Below are positions 28,791 to 39,500 of a stretch of 64,000 nt of DNA, in pieces. The stretch lies in assembly GCA_965213705.1 (NCBI GenBank), contig OZ243913.1, positions 1,120,001-1,184,000 of the forward strand, written 5' to 3'. Numbering within the stretch: the first letter of the stretch is position 1; the number at the start of each line of letters is the position of its first letter. Source of the DNA: Trueperaceae bacterium. GTDB lineage: Bacteria > Deinococcota > Deinococci > Deinococcales > Trueperaceae. A model generated the notes under the pieces. The model did no database searches, was not told the DNA's origin, and saw only the letters and a list, made by a program, of their open reading frames with translations. A program made the translations under genes and the position numbers.

Positions 28791-30182
28791 ATGGTCGAAG
28801 CGCCCAGTGTGCTCGAGCTGGAAAACGAAGTCACAGGTTTGATAGAGGCGCGCAAGTTTATCGCCCTGCGGAGGCTTTTGGAAACCCTGGAGCCGCCGGA
28901 CTTGGCCGACCTCATCACCGAACTGGGCCGCGAAAACGAGGCGGTGGTGTTCCGACTCTTGCCCAAACGCCTCACCATCCCGACGTTTGAATACTTGCCG
29001 GTGGACACCCAAGAAGAACTGTTGAAGAGTCTGGGCGACAAGGACGTGGCCGCGATTTTGGACGACATGTCGCCCGACGACCGGACGGGTTTGTTAGAAG
29101 AACTCCCCGGCAAGGTCACCAAGCGACTCGTCAACCTGCTGTCCCCGACCGAGCGGCGCGTGGCGACGCAACTGCTCGGCTATCCCGAGGACAGCGTGGG
29201 CCGACTGGTCACGCCCGACTACGTGGCGGTCAAGCCGCCCTGGACCGTGCAAGAGGTCTTGGAGCACATCCGCGTGTTCGGGCGCGACAGCGAAACCCTC
29301 AACGTCGTGTACGTGGTCGGCACGGGCGGCGTGCTCATCGACGACATCGGGCTGCGCGAGGTTTTGCTGGCCTCGCCGGAAACGCTTGTGAGTGACCTTA
29401 TGGACAACCAGTTCGCCTCGCTCAGCGTTTTGGACGACCAGGAGACGGCCGTCACCGTGTTCCGCCGACTGGACCGGACCGCGCTGCCGGTGGTGGACTC
29501 CGGCGGCGTCTTGGTTGGAATCCTCACCGTAGACGACGTGCTCGACGTGGCCGAGGAAGAGGCGACCGAGGACATCCACAAGCTCGGCGGCAGCGAGGCG
29601 CTGGACGAGCCCTACCTCACCATCGGGCTGTTCAGCCTCATCCGCAAGCGTTCGGTGTGGCTCGTGCTGCTTTTTTTCGGTCAGATGCTCACCGCGACCG
29701 CGATGGGTTTTTTCGAGGACGAGCTGGCTCGAGCCCTGGTCCTGGCAATTTTCGTGCCGCTCATCATCTCTTCGGGCGGTAACACGGGTTCGCAGGCGGC
29801 GACGCTCATCATCCGCGCCATGACGCTGGGCGAGGTGCGCCTGCGCGACTGGTGGCGGGTGATGCGCCGCGAAATCCTGTCCGGTCTCATCATCGGCGGC
29901 ATGTTGGGCGTGTTGGGTTTCCTGCGCATCGGGGCGGCCGAGTGGTTGACGGGCGCGTACGGCGGGGATTGGCTCACCCTCGGGCTCACCATCGGTTTGT
30001 CGCTCGTCGGTGTGGTGCTGTGGGGGACGTTGTCGGGCTCGTTGCTGCCTTTCGCCTTAAAGCGGTTGGGGGTGGACCCGGCGACCTCGAGCGCGCCCCT
30101 CGTCTCGACCCTGGTGGACGTGACTGGGCTGGTCATCTACTTCAGCGTGGCCTCGGTGGTGCTGAAAGGAACGCTGCTGTAA
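28791..30182 (+). CDS. mgtE: Magnesium transporter
   Basis: MgtE N-domain, CBS pair, SSGGNTGSQ, DPATSSAP..TLVDVTG. Confidence 0.96.
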   Translation: MVEAPSVLELENEVTGLIEARKFIALRRLLETLEPPDLADLITELGRENEAVVFRLLPKRLTIPTFEYLPVDTQEELLKSLGDKDVAAILDDMSPDDRTGLLEELPGKVTKRLVNLLSPTERRVATQLLGYPEDSVGRLVTPDYVAVKPPWTVQEVLEHIRVFGRDSETLNVVYVVGTGGVLIDDIGLREVLLASPETLVSDLMDNQFASLSVLDDQETAVTVFRRLDRTALPVVDSGGVLVGILTVDDVLDVAEEEATEDIHKLGGSEALDEPYLTIGLFSLIRKRSVWLVLLFFGQMLTATAMGFFEDELARALVLAIFVPLIISSGGNTGSQAATLIIRAMTLGEVRLRDWWRVMRREILSGLIIGGMLGVLGFLRIGAAEWLTGAYGGDWLTLGLTIGLSLVGVVLWGTLSGSLLPFALKRLGVDPATSSAPLVSTLVDVTGLVIYFSVASVVLKGTLL

Positions 30183-30201
30183 TGTTGATTTCCCGAATAA
30201 T

Positions 30202-30462
30202 TCAGAGAATTTTCCGGTGCGCCTCGGCATAAATTCGTAGAGCGGCGTTTAGCCGTTTCGAGGTGTTGCCTTGGGCCTCAAACCAGGCCAGGACGTCGGG
30301 GTCTATCTCGGTGGCGGACACGGGTTCGGGCAACCGCACCGCAGCTCGCTCGAAGTCGTCGTCAAGCTCCGGGCTTTCCGAAGCGTCAACTGTTTCGTCC
30401 GGCATTTCATCCAGCTTGGCCCAGTCTGTTTTTGAGGACTTGTTCGTACCTGACACGTTCAC
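30202..30462 (-). CDS. BrnA-family antitoxin (possibly degenerate)
   Basis: TDW..LD, IDPDVLAWF..QG and LNAALR motifs. Confidence 0.75.
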   Translation of the reverse strand: MNVSGTNKSSKTDWAKLDEMPDETVDASESPELDDDFERAAVRLPEPVSATEIDPDVLAWFEAQGNTSKRLNAALRIYAEAHRKIL

Positions 30463-30703
30463 GTTTCACCGCCTTTCGCAAAAGAATGATTCGGACTGTG
30501 TTCTCATGGGGCTCGGTAAAGACGACCACCACAACTCGTCCTCTGATGGAGCCGATAGCAACATGGCGTTCTTCTCCGTAATCATAGCGGTTATCGGGCG
30601 CAGTGAGCATGGGTGATTGAAAAACCTCAAGAGCATCTTCGAAATCCAGTTCATGCTTTTCTATATTGAGCTTGTTCTTGGCGTCGTCCCACTCGAACGT
30701 CAC
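30407..30703 (-). CDS. BrnT-family toxin
   Basis: FEWDDAKN..NIEKH..DF, DYGEER and RII..RKA motifs. Confidence 0.9.
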   Translation of the reverse strand: MTFEWDDAKNKLNIEKHELDFEDALEVFQSPMLTAPDNRYDYGEERHVAIGSIRGRVVVVVFTEPHENTVRIILLRKAVKRERVRYEQVLKNRLGQAG

Positions 30704-30946
30704 CTGCTGAGTTTAGCAGGCAGGGTGTGGCCGTCATAAACGTCCATCTCCGGCTCGTTAATCTTCAAAAGTGGACAGGGCCGCACGAAGGTCTGCCGCT
30801 CGAGCCTGGTCAATACCCTGCACCCTCAAATCAACGTCGCCGGTCATAAAGGTGACGATAACCGGCGTTTCATCCTGAACGCCTGCGGGAGGTTCTTTGA
30901 GTTCAATCCGACCGTTGCGGTAAGTTCCTTCGACACTCGTCAGCAT
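30700..30946 (-). pseudogene. Frameshifted antitoxin (MLTSVEG...WNxPEMDVYD type); cognate toxin absent
   Basis: ORF stops at STFED* (30758), while NEPEMDVYD continues in the adjacent frame. Confidence 0.6.
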
Positions 30947-31016
30947 GGCAACCTCCGACGCTCAGTTCAACAAAACGCCAGTGCTGGAAAGGACGCTGCT
31001 GTGATGAGCTATCACG

Positions 31017-31180
31017 TCAGGTGGCCCGCTCGAGCCGTTCGGCAATCCACTGGTTCAAGCTTTTACCCTCGTGTTTGGAAACGGTGTAAACCTTGCGGTG
31101 GAGTTCGGGCGGCAAGCGGAGCGTGAGTTGGCCCAAAAAAGCTTGTCGGCTGCCTTGCTCGGCAGCGCAGCGTCCAAGGA
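31017..31180 (-). pseudogene. C-terminal remnant of a HicB antitoxin (ribbon-helix-helix part)
   Basis: GQLTLRLPPELHRK...GKSLNQWI; N-terminal domain missing. Confidence 0.75.
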
Positions 31181-31339
31181 TGGCCGCGGCTCCTGTAACA
31201 TTGTTCACTTCTCACCTCACGGTAACCAAGCTTTGCAGAAAACTTAACGACCCTTTACCCCTGCTGGTGAAAAGCTAAACCCTGACACCCGGAAGAACGT
31301 GTGACGACCACCCCGACGTGCTTTCCTGAAGGAGCTGCC

Positions 31340-33547
31340 ATGACCCACCATCCGCCCCAAAACAAAGCCAAGCGTTTCGTGCTGGCAAGCCTGAGCAAAG
31401 CGGCTCTCGCCCTTCTCATCGTCTTGCTGACCGCCGGCAGCTGTACCGAAGCGCCCGAAACGATGGGCGAGGTCGTCGCTATCTCGGCGGGAACCCACAG
31501 CCTCGCCCTGAAAAGGGACGGCACGGTCGTGTCGTGGACTAATTACGGAGAGACTGGCGTCCCCGAAGGTCTCAGCAACGTGGCAAAAATATCGGCGGGT
31601 GATGAGGTCAATCTGTTCATCTTTAGAGGAAGTGGCGCGGTCGTTGAGTTTTCTCATCACGCGGAGACCTACTCAAACATGCCAAAAAACCTCGAGGGCG
31701 TTACAGACGTTTCGACCGGTGGGCATGCCAGGCTCGCACTGAGGGTTGACGGTAAAATCGTCGCGTGGGGGCATGATAATGGGCTTAATGACGTGCCTGG
31801 CGATCTTGGTATTGTCAGTGCCATTTCGGCGGATGGGTATTACAACCTCGCCCTTCAAACGGACGGCAAAGTTCGCACTTGGAGTCATTCCTATAATCTC
31901 GTTTCAGTAATACCTAAAGACCTTGGCGAGGTAACAGCCATTTCAGCAGGCGGCGCTCATAGCCTCGCTCTGCAAAAGGACAGCACGGTTCGTGCTTGGC
32001 TTGTTCCCGGGCATGGTAGTAACCAAGGTCAAGAGAAAGTACCCTCAGGTCTTAAAGACGTTACAGCTGTTTCAGCAGGTGAAGCACACAGTTTGGCGCT
32101 CAAAAAGGACGGCACGGTGGTCGCGTGGGGTAGCAATTATGCCTGCCAATCAGCCGTACCTGCGGACCTCAAAGACGTGGTGGCAATATCCGCAGGTGTG
32201 TATCACAGTATGGCCCTGCAAAGAGACGGGACGGTCGTTGTCTGGGGCAGCTATGCGGGGACGCCCCCCGAAGGCATCAAGGTCAGAACGGTAGATTGCT
32301 CTACTGCGGGTCCGGTCCCGGCACCTACGAGCTTTAATTTGGAGAGTACAAGCTTTCCTGAAGACGTTTCGAGCGGCACGGTCGTGGGTACCTTCGTCAG
32401 CCCAGGCACCCCGAACGTGAGCTACAGCCTGGTCGCGGGCGAGGGCGGCGCGGACAACGCCAGCTTTACGATTGACAGCAACACCCTCAAAACCGCGGCC
32501 AGCTTCGACTTTGAAATCAAGAGCAGCTACAGCATTCGCGTTGAAGCGCGCAACAGCGCGGGCGCGGTTGAGGAAAGTTTTGTCCTTGAAGTGACGGACG
32601 TAAACGAAACACCTGTCGACACCACCAAGCCGACCCTGACCTTCACCGACCCCGGCCCGCTCCTCGTCAACCGGCCGGTCACCTTGACGGGCAGCGCCGC
32701 GGACGACACGGGCGTGAGCAAGCTCGAACTTTATGAGGGTGACACCCTGCTCGGCGCGGCCACCCTGACGAACACCACCTGGAGCTACAGCTACACCCCC
32801 AGCGCCGCGGGCAGCGTGACCTTCAAGGCGGTCGCCACCGACGCGGCGCGCAACACCGCCGAGGCGAGCCGTAGCACTATTGTGTACTCCAACGTCGTGA
32901 CCAACCTGAACGACGCCGGGGAAGGCTCCTTGCGCCAGCTGCTGCTCGACACCCCGGCAGGTGAAACCATCGGCTTTTTCCCGACCCTGCTGGGCGAAAC
33001 CCTCACCCTGACGAGCGGCCCCCTGGCCGTTGACAAAAACGTCACCATTACGGGCGACGTGACTCTGAGCGGGAACAACGCGTCTAAAGTTTTGGTCGTT
33101 GCTGCAGACGTGACGGCCGACCTCAAAGACCTCACCATCACAGAGGGCCAAGACCCGCGGGGGGGTGGCATTGAAAACGGCGGCACCCTCACCCTGTCCG
33201 GCAAGACCCGCGTGACGGGCAACACGGCTGTTGACTTCGGTTATGGTGGCGGCGTGCTCAACGACGGGACCCTCGTTCTCAAAGACGATGCCAGCATTAC
33301 GAACAACACCTCATTCACCATCGGGGGCGGCGTGTGGGGTGGCTACAGCTCCGTAACTACGCTTCAGGACAGGGCCGTTATCAGCAACAACTCGGCCGAA
33401 AGCGAGGGCGGCGGAATCTTCACGAACGGTACAATTATCGGCGCGAACTACAGCGACGGCAACCCTGATGACGATGATCCGAGTGACGACAACGTCTTTA
33501 ACAACAGCCCTGACCAGGTTGTCCTCTACGGGCCGGGCGCAGGCTAA
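31340..33547 (+). CDS. Secreted/surface multidomain protein: RCC1/BLIP-II-like repeats, cadherin-like domain, Ig-like domain, beta-helix repeats
   Basis: Signal peptide ending near TAGSC; ~7 ISAGxxHSLALxxDGTVxxWG repeats; FDFE..SSYSIRV and VTDVNE; GGG(I/V)xN repeats. Confidence 0.8.
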   Translation: MTHHPPQNKAKRFVLASLSKAALALLIVLLTAGSCTEAPETMGEVVAISAGTHSLALKRDGTVVSWTNYGETGVPEGLSNVAKISAGDEVNLFIFRGSGAVVEFSHHAETYSNMPKNLEGVTDVSTGGHARLALRVDGKIVAWGHDNGLNDVPGDLGIVSAISADGYYNLALQTDGKVRTWSHSYNLVSVIPKDLGEVTAISAGGAHSLALQKDSTVRAWLVPGHGSNQGQEKVPSGLKDVTAVSAGEAHSLALKKDGTVVAWGSNYACQSAVPADLKDVVAISAGVYHSMALQRDGTVVVWGSYAGTPPEGIKVRTVDCSTAGPVPAPTSFNLESTSFPEDVSSGTVVGTFVSPGTPNVSYSLVAGEGGADNASFTIDSNTLKTAASFDFEIKSSYSIRVEARNSAGAVEESFVLEVTDVNETPVDTTKPTLTFTDPGPLLVNRPVTLTGSAADDTGVSKLELYEGDTLLGAATLTNTTWSYSYTPSAAGSVTFKAVATDAARNTAEASRSTIVYSNVVTNLNDAGEGSLRQLLLDTPAGETIGFFPTLLGETLTLTSGPLAVDKNVTITGDVTLSGNNASKVLVVAADVTADLKDLTITEGQDPRGGGIENGGTLTLSGKTRVTGNTAVDFGYGGGVLNDGTLVLKDDASITNNTSFTIGGGVWGGYSSVTTLQDRAVISNNSAESEGGGIFTNGTIIGANYSDGNPDDDDPSDDNVFNNSPDQVVLYGPGAG

Positions 33548-33563
33548 ACAGCAGAGTAGACGC

Positions 33564-33603
33564 AAGGAGGGACAGGCTCGAGCCTGTCCCTTCCTTTTGT
33601 TTT
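33564..33603 (+). terminator. Rho-independent terminator: perfect 22-bp palindrome centred on CTCGAG, followed by a T-tract
   Basis: gggacaggctcgagcctgtccc (33569-33590) then ttccttttgtttt; lies between convergent genes. Confidence 0.75.
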
Positions 33604-33684
33604 AGCCTGTACGGTGTGCTGTTTGTGTTTGGGCAACGGCCAAGAAATCTTTCGGTGTATCCATATCGCTTCAGACTCTCAGGT

Positions 33685-34995
33685 CTACAAACCCCAGGGA
33701 TAGGTGTCGGGCGTTTTCCCACCTTCAGGCTCGAGGTGGAGCGGGTGCAACCCTTCTGTTTGGCCGAGGTACAAAAAGGCGTCGTAGCGCCGCGGCAGCA
33801 CGGTCGGGACGTAGTTGCCACGTTCGCGGTTCGGGTGATAAACCACACCGATAGCGCGGTGGCCGCGTCGCTCTAAAAAGGCCGGGTCGCCCAAGTCGGC
33901 GCTGAGAAGCAGGCGGTCACCCCCGGTTTCGTGCGACATGGTTTCGTGCAGCAGGGCTTCCCAACTCCCCGGTACGGCGGGCGGCACGGGCATCTTTTCC
34001 ATCTCCGCGCCCCAGTAGTCGCCGGCAATCACCGAGCCCTGGTACGACCCAAAGCCGACGAGCACGACACCTTCTTCACCATGCCGCTCGCGCGTGAGCT
34101 GCCCGACGTTGACCATACCCACCGTCGCCATGTCGGTAGCCCTTGCGTCGCCGACGTGCGTGTTGTGTTCCCAAACAATCGCCTTGGCTCCCGCCCCGCG
34201 GCGCACCATGAGTCGGTCGAGCGTGTCCGTCATGTGGGTGTCGCGCAGGTTCCAGGACCGTGAGCCCCCGCGAATCATGGCGCGGTAGTAGCGCTCGGCG
34301 TTGACGGCGACAAAGGCGTTTTGCTCGGCGTTCAGACGCGTTTCGGCGTCGGCGGGGTAGGTCTCGGCTTTTTGGCGGAGTTCGCTCAGGAGTTTTATTA
34401 CTTCCGCCTCGCAAGAAGTCGGCACCATCATGGTCGCCTCGGCGTAGGCGTGGACGTCTTCGCGGTAGGGCTCGAAGCAGCGGTAGGCGCGTCTGGCAGC
34501 CTCGAGCGCCTCGGGGTCGGTGTCTTTTAAAAAACCTGTGACGGCCTCCAAAGACTCCCACAAGCTGTACACGTCGAGCCCGTAAAAGCCGACGCGCTTT
34601 TCAACCGGCAGTGCCTCATTGTGGGTGCGCAGCCACTCGGCAAAGGCCACGACCTCCCAGTTGGCCCACATCCAGGTCGGCCAGCGGCGGAAGGCGTGCA
34701 GCACGTCAAAGGCATTCTTACCCGCGTCCTCATAACCTTTGACAAAGCGGTTCACCTGGTAACAGTCGGGCCAGTCGCCCTCGACGGCGACGAAGGAAAA
34801 GTCTTTTTCTTTGATGAGGCGCTTGGAGAGCCGCGCCCGCCAACTGTAAAACTCCGAAGTTCCGTGTGAAGCCTCGCCGATGAGGACGTAGCGTGCGTCG
34901 CCGATGGTTTCAAGTAGGGGCTCGAGGTCACCCTCGTCCTCGAGCCTGTGACTTACCTTCAAAAGTTTGTCGCTCAGTTCTCCGTCCGTAACCAT
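33685..34995 (-). CDS. Erythromycin esterase-family protein
   Basis: GEASHGTSEFY, VEGDWPD, WPTWMWAN, WEHNTHVGDARAT and RAIGVVY motifs. Confidence 0.92.
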   Translation of the reverse strand: MVTDGELSDKLLKVSHRLEDEGDLEPLLETIGDARYVLIGEASHGTSEFYSWRARLSKRLIKEKDFSFVAVEGDWPDCYQVNRFVKGYEDAGKNAFDVLHAFRRWPTWMWANWEVVAFAEWLRTHNEALPVEKRVGFYGLDVYSLWESLEAVTGFLKDTDPEALEAARRAYRCFEPYREDVHAYAEATMMVPTSCEAEVIKLLSELRQKAETYPADAETRLNAEQNAFVAVNAERYYRAMIRGGSRSWNLRDTHMTDTLDRLMVRRGAGAKAIVWEHNTHVGDARATDMATVGMVNVGQLTRERHGEEGVVLVGFGSYQGSVIAGDYWGAEMEKMPVPPAVPGSWEALLHETMSHETGGDRLLLSADLGDPAFLERRGHRAIGVVYHPNRERGNYVPTVLPRRYDAFLYLGQTEGLHPLHLEPEGGKTPDTYPWGL

Positions 34996-35023
34996 GCTTT
35001 CCCCCTTAACCCGACGACCGCGC

Positions 35024-35668
35024 TCAGGTCCAAGCGGCGGCCTCTTCCAGCAGTGCCTGCACCTCGGCGTCGCTCGTCTGCGGAAACGACGTGTACCAGC
35101 GCCCCACGCCGTAAAAGGGCGCGGGCGTTGTAGCGCAGATGATGTGGTCGACCTCGAGCGCCAGCGCCGCGCAGGTGTTGGGCGCAGCGACCGGCACCGC
35201 CACGACGAGCTTGGCTGGACGCTGCTGTTTTAGCGCCTCCACCGCCGCGCGCATACTCGCGCCAGTGGCGAGACCGTCGTCTATCAAGATGACCGTGCGC
35301 CCCTCGGGTTGGGGCGGCAGCCGACTGCCGCGGTAGAGCCGTTCGCGTCGCGCCAGTTCCGCGCGTTCCCGCTCGAGCACGTCCGCAATGCGTTCTTCCG
35401 AAATCCCCAGCCGCGCCACGAGGTCGTCGTTCATCACCTGCGCGCCGCCCGAGGCAATCGCGCCCAGCGCCAACTCCTCCTGCCCCGGCGTGCCGAGCTT
35501 GCGGACGACGAACACGTCGAGCGGTGCGTGAAGTGTTTTGGCAACCTCGAACGCGACCGGCACGCCGCCGCGCGGCAACGCCAGGACGAGGGCGCTGCCC
35601 TCGTAGCCCTCAACCTGCAGGCGTTTGGCAAGCTCGAGGCCCGCCGCCGAACGGTCTTTGAACATCAC
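35024..35668 (-). CDS. Phosphoribosyltransferase-family protein (Rv0571c/Rv2030c-N type)
   Basis: LALPRGGVPV, RKLG.PG.EE and IDDGLATG motifs. Confidence 0.92.
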   Translation of the reverse strand: MMFKDRSAAGLELAKRLQVEGYEGSALVLALPRGGVPVAFEVAKTLHAPLDVFVVRKLGTPGQEELALGAIASGGAQVMNDDLVARLGISEERIADVLERERAELARRERLYRGSRLPPQPEGRTVILIDDGLATGASMRAAVEALKQQRPAKLVVAVPVAAPNTCAALALEVDHIICATTPAPFYGVGRWYTSFPQTSDAEVQALLEEAAAWT

Positions 35669-35800
35669 GGCGCTGAAATCCTAAGTTGCTCCACACCGAG
35701 CCTCAAACGAAAGGGGTCAGCCGTCGTTGCGGTAGGTCGACCCGCGCCCGGTCTTGAACGCCGCCAGGTTGGTCGTGCTGCACGCTGCCCCCGTCTTGAA

Positions 35801-36007
35801 TCAGGCGTCGCCCACCTCGAACGAAATTTTGGCGTTGATGCGGTACTGGGTGATTTTGCCGTTTTCGACAATTGCTTGCATGTCTTTGACGTAGACGGAT
35901 TGAATGTTGCGCACGCTCTTGGCCGCTTCTTGAAGTGCGACCTGCGCCGCGTCGTCCCAACTCTTCTCGGACTGTGCCAACACTTCAATGACTTTGATAA
36001 TGCTCAT
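35801..36007 (-). CDS. Dodecin-family protein
   Basis: KVIEV...S.KSWDDA and Y...KISF motifs. Confidence 0.88.
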   Translation of the reverse strand: MSIIKVIEVLAQSEKSWDDAAQVALQEAAKSVRNIQSVYVKDMQAIVENGKITQYRINAKISFEVGDA

Positions 36008-36045
36008 GGTGTCCCTTCCTGTTTCCTGAGTTTTACTTTCTGGTT

Positions 36046-36285
36046 TTACTCCCTGATACGGTCTTTGGCGGCTTCGACGCCCTCGGCTTCGGCGCAGTGG
36101 GCGCAGCAATAATAGGTGCCGGTCGCCTCGACGCCGTGCCCGATGATTCTTACCCCGCACTTGGCGCAGGTCGGCGCGAGCATGTGAACCGCACACTCGA
36201 AGCTGTCGAAGGTGTGGCTGTGCCCATCCATCACCACTTCGAACGTCTTGTCGTACTCGTTGCCGCACGTTTCACACTTAGCCAC
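36046..36285 (-). CDS. Small Cys/His-rich metal-binding protein (prokaryotic metallothionein/TRASH-like)
   Basis: CETC, FDSFECA, CAKC and YCCAHCA. Confidence 0.8.
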   Translation of the reverse strand: MAKCETCGNEYDKTFEVVMDGHSHTFDSFECAVHMLAPTCAKCGVRIIGHGVEATGTYYCCAHCAEAEGVEAAKDRIRE

Positions 36286-36546
36286 GCTGCTGCCCCTAAC
36301 TTTGTACAACGAGGGGTGGTTTTGGTGCCCCCCTGTTTCCGGCCCCGACACAGAACTCGCTAAAAAAGGCGCGACCCGGCCGCCGGTCAACCCACCTTAG
36401 AGACTCTCGAGCCCGCCTACTTTGGTGTGAGGTACAGTTCGGGTGGGCTTATCTCGAGGGCAGGGGAGATGGGAGCGGAGGAGATAGGGAGCAGAGAAGA
36501 AAAAGCTCTTGGCTTTACTTTCTCCTTTCCACTTGGCACTTTCTCC

Positions 36547-39500
36547 CTAGTGCGCCCCCCGCTTCTCGAGCACCGCCGCGGGGGTTTGGGTCAAGAGCAC
36601 CACGTCCCACCATATAGACCAGTTGCGCACGTAGTGGCTTTCCATCTCGAGGCGCTCCTGAAACGTCACCGTGCTGCGGCCCGAAACCTGCCAGTAGCCG
36701 GTGATACCCGGTTTGGCCTCGAAAATCGTCTCGCCATACGCGCCGACGTCACCCAGTTCCCGCGTCAGGTAAGGGCGCGGCCCGACGAGGCTCATGGTGC
36801 CGTTCAGCACGTTGAACACTTGCGGCAGTTCGTCGAGGCTGTACTTGCGCAGGACGCGCCCGGCGCGGGTCACGCGCGGGTCGTGCTCGAGCTTGTGGTA
36901 GCGCCTGTATTCCTCTGCTAGGGTTGCGTCGGTTGCCAGTAACTCTTGCAGTCGCTCTTCAGCGTCGCTGTACATCGTCCTAAACTTAAAACACCTGAAA
37001 ACTTCGCCGTGTTGTCCGACGCGTTCGCCCGCGTGAAAAGCCGGTCCCGGACTGTCGAGCTTAACCCACAGTGCCAGGGCGAGCGCGACCGGCGTGGCGA
37101 GCAAAGCCGCCACGCCGCCACCGACGAGGTCGAGGCCCCGCTTGAACAAGCGGTTGCTCCGCGAGTAGAGGCCGTTACGGAATTCCAGCGCCAAAAAACC
37201 CGCCAGTGGGCTCGCCGACACGTCTTGCGCGGGCAAACCCGACAGCTCGGGCACGAACTGGAGGTGTTTGAAAACGCGGCTGCGGTGGTGGATAAAGTCC
37301 GACAGCAGCGCGGGCGACATGGTCGAAATAGTGACGACGGCGTGGTTGACGCCCCACCTCGCAGCGTAGGCGTCGGCACTCGCCAGGGCGCCCAAAACCG
37401 GCAAGCCCGCCACGTTGCGCCCCTGCTTGAGCGGGTCGTCGTCGAAAAAAGCGACCGGCCGCAAGCCCTCTAAAGGGCTGCGCTCGAGGACAGCGGCGAG
37501 TTTGCCGCCCACCCGGCCCGCCCCGAGAATAAACACAGGCCGCCCCCACAGCTGAGCGCGCAGCAGTAAACGCTTGAACACCGCACGGCCCAGCGCCAAA
37601 AACCCGAGGCTCAGCCCGAACGTCACAACCAGGACCGACCTCGGTACGGGTAAGTCTTGACCGAACAGCACGGTTCCGGCGGCCAGGAGAAGGGCGGCGT
37701 AGGTCGCAGCCACCACTTGCTTACGAAGTTCTTGCGGTGCGGTCAAGCCGTAACCTGGATACAGCCCTTCGCGCCAGACCATCACCGGCCACAGCAGCAG
37801 CGCGTAAGTCGTAACTGAAAGGGGAGCGACAAGGCGCACTAAGTCTTGAGGGTAAAGCAGAACTACGGCTGTTAAAAAGGCCAGATACGTCATGGCAAAG
37901 TCCGTGACGGCAAGGCCCAAACTGACGCCCAACTGCGGCGTGTCGAGCTGACTCATCGACTCTTTCGGTAGCGCCGCCGCGCGCCAGCCCGCCACCGCCA
38001 CGAGCGGGTACAAAACGCCGCCGTAAAACAGGGTCACGTCGAAAACGTTGACGAACAAAACGGCCAGGACGACCGCCAAAAAAGCGCCGTCGAGGCTTTT
38101 GACCGCGCCCCACAGCAGGGCGAGAATCAGCAGCGTCACGCCCAAAAACCCCACCACGCCCCGCTCGAACAAAACGTGCAAGAAAAAGTTGTGAGCGTGC
38201 GACGGGATGGCGCGAAGTTTTTGGTTGTTCGGCCAGGTCGTTTGGTAGTACTCCGGAAAGCTGTCCGGCCCCCAACCGAGCCAGGGTTTGGCCCGAACGC
38301 CCTGCCAGGCCGCTTGCCAGTAAGGAACGCGGGCCACGCCCAAACTTAGGCCCTTAGTGGCCGCCCCCGGCGTGTAGTCGCTCAAAAGGGCGCCCGGCTC
38401 GAGCTGAAAGCCGGCAAAACGCGCCGAGCTGTCCGCGACCGTCCGCGCGTCGGGCGCCAAGCCGACGTACCAGTAGAGAAGGGGTTGGTCGCCCTCGTAA
38501 ACAAAAGTCGCGAACACGCGCCGCCACTCGCCTTGGACGGCGGCGACGCCCCTGTTCAGCACCCGCCCCGGCCCGGTTGCGCTCGCCTGCCAGTGACCGT
38601 CCACCAGGGCGGCGGCCAGCGTGAAGGTCTGGGCGCTCTCAAGCAGCTGTCCCCAGCCCTGGATGCCGGGTTGAGACCCCTGTTCCGGGCGCAGCCAGGC
38701 GCTGACCGTGTAGGGTTCGCCCGCCTTGACGGGCACGACCTGTTGCAACCTCAGCCAGCCGTCCGCACCCTTTTTGGTTACCTCGTAAGTGGTGAGCGAG
38801 ACGTCGTTCAACTCGGCGCTGCCCGCCTCGACCCCGACCCAGGTGGTGTCCCACCAGTCGCCGTTGGGAATTTCCGACCCCTGAACCAGGTTGCGGTCAC
38901 CCGCCGACGGTACGATGTCGAGCAAAAAGCCGAACCGGCCCCAGCCGAACAGCGGTCCCAGACCCGCCGCCACCGCCAGCATCACGCTCAACAAAGTGAT
39001 TTCGGCGACGAGGCTGCGCCTCGAGCGTGTCTTCCGGACCCAGAACAAAACGACCGTGACGAACACCCAGGCGACGGCCGCCTCGCGGCTCCCGGCAACC
39101 AGGATGCCGAGCGCCGAAAGACTCAAACCCATAAACCGAAAGCGGGCGTTCGCGGCCAAAACGGCGATGAGTGCCCCCAACACAAACACGGTGTGTCCGT
39201 AAAAAGCCGGTGACGTGGACCAAATGACGGCTTGGGTAAAGGTTTTATAAGCGAAGTTGAGCCGCCCCATCTGCAACCAACCCGCCCCGACGACGACGGC
39301 CAAACCTGCCACCAACCCCCCCGTGACCGCGGCGGCGTGGGTGGGTACGAAGGGAAAACGGCGCAGGTGAAAAAAAGCCCGGTAGACGAGCCACGGCCCC
39401 ATAATCTGCAACACGCCGAAGGCGAAGCCTGCCGCGCCTGTATGCACCCCCAAAGACAGCGCCGAAAACAGCGCCGCCGCGCCCCACAGCAGGTCCGAGC

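Noticed and set aside
33685..34995. Macrolide resistance gene (ereA/ereB)
   Set aside because: It belongs to the broad PRTase-associated esterase-like group; resistance cannot be inferred from family motifs.
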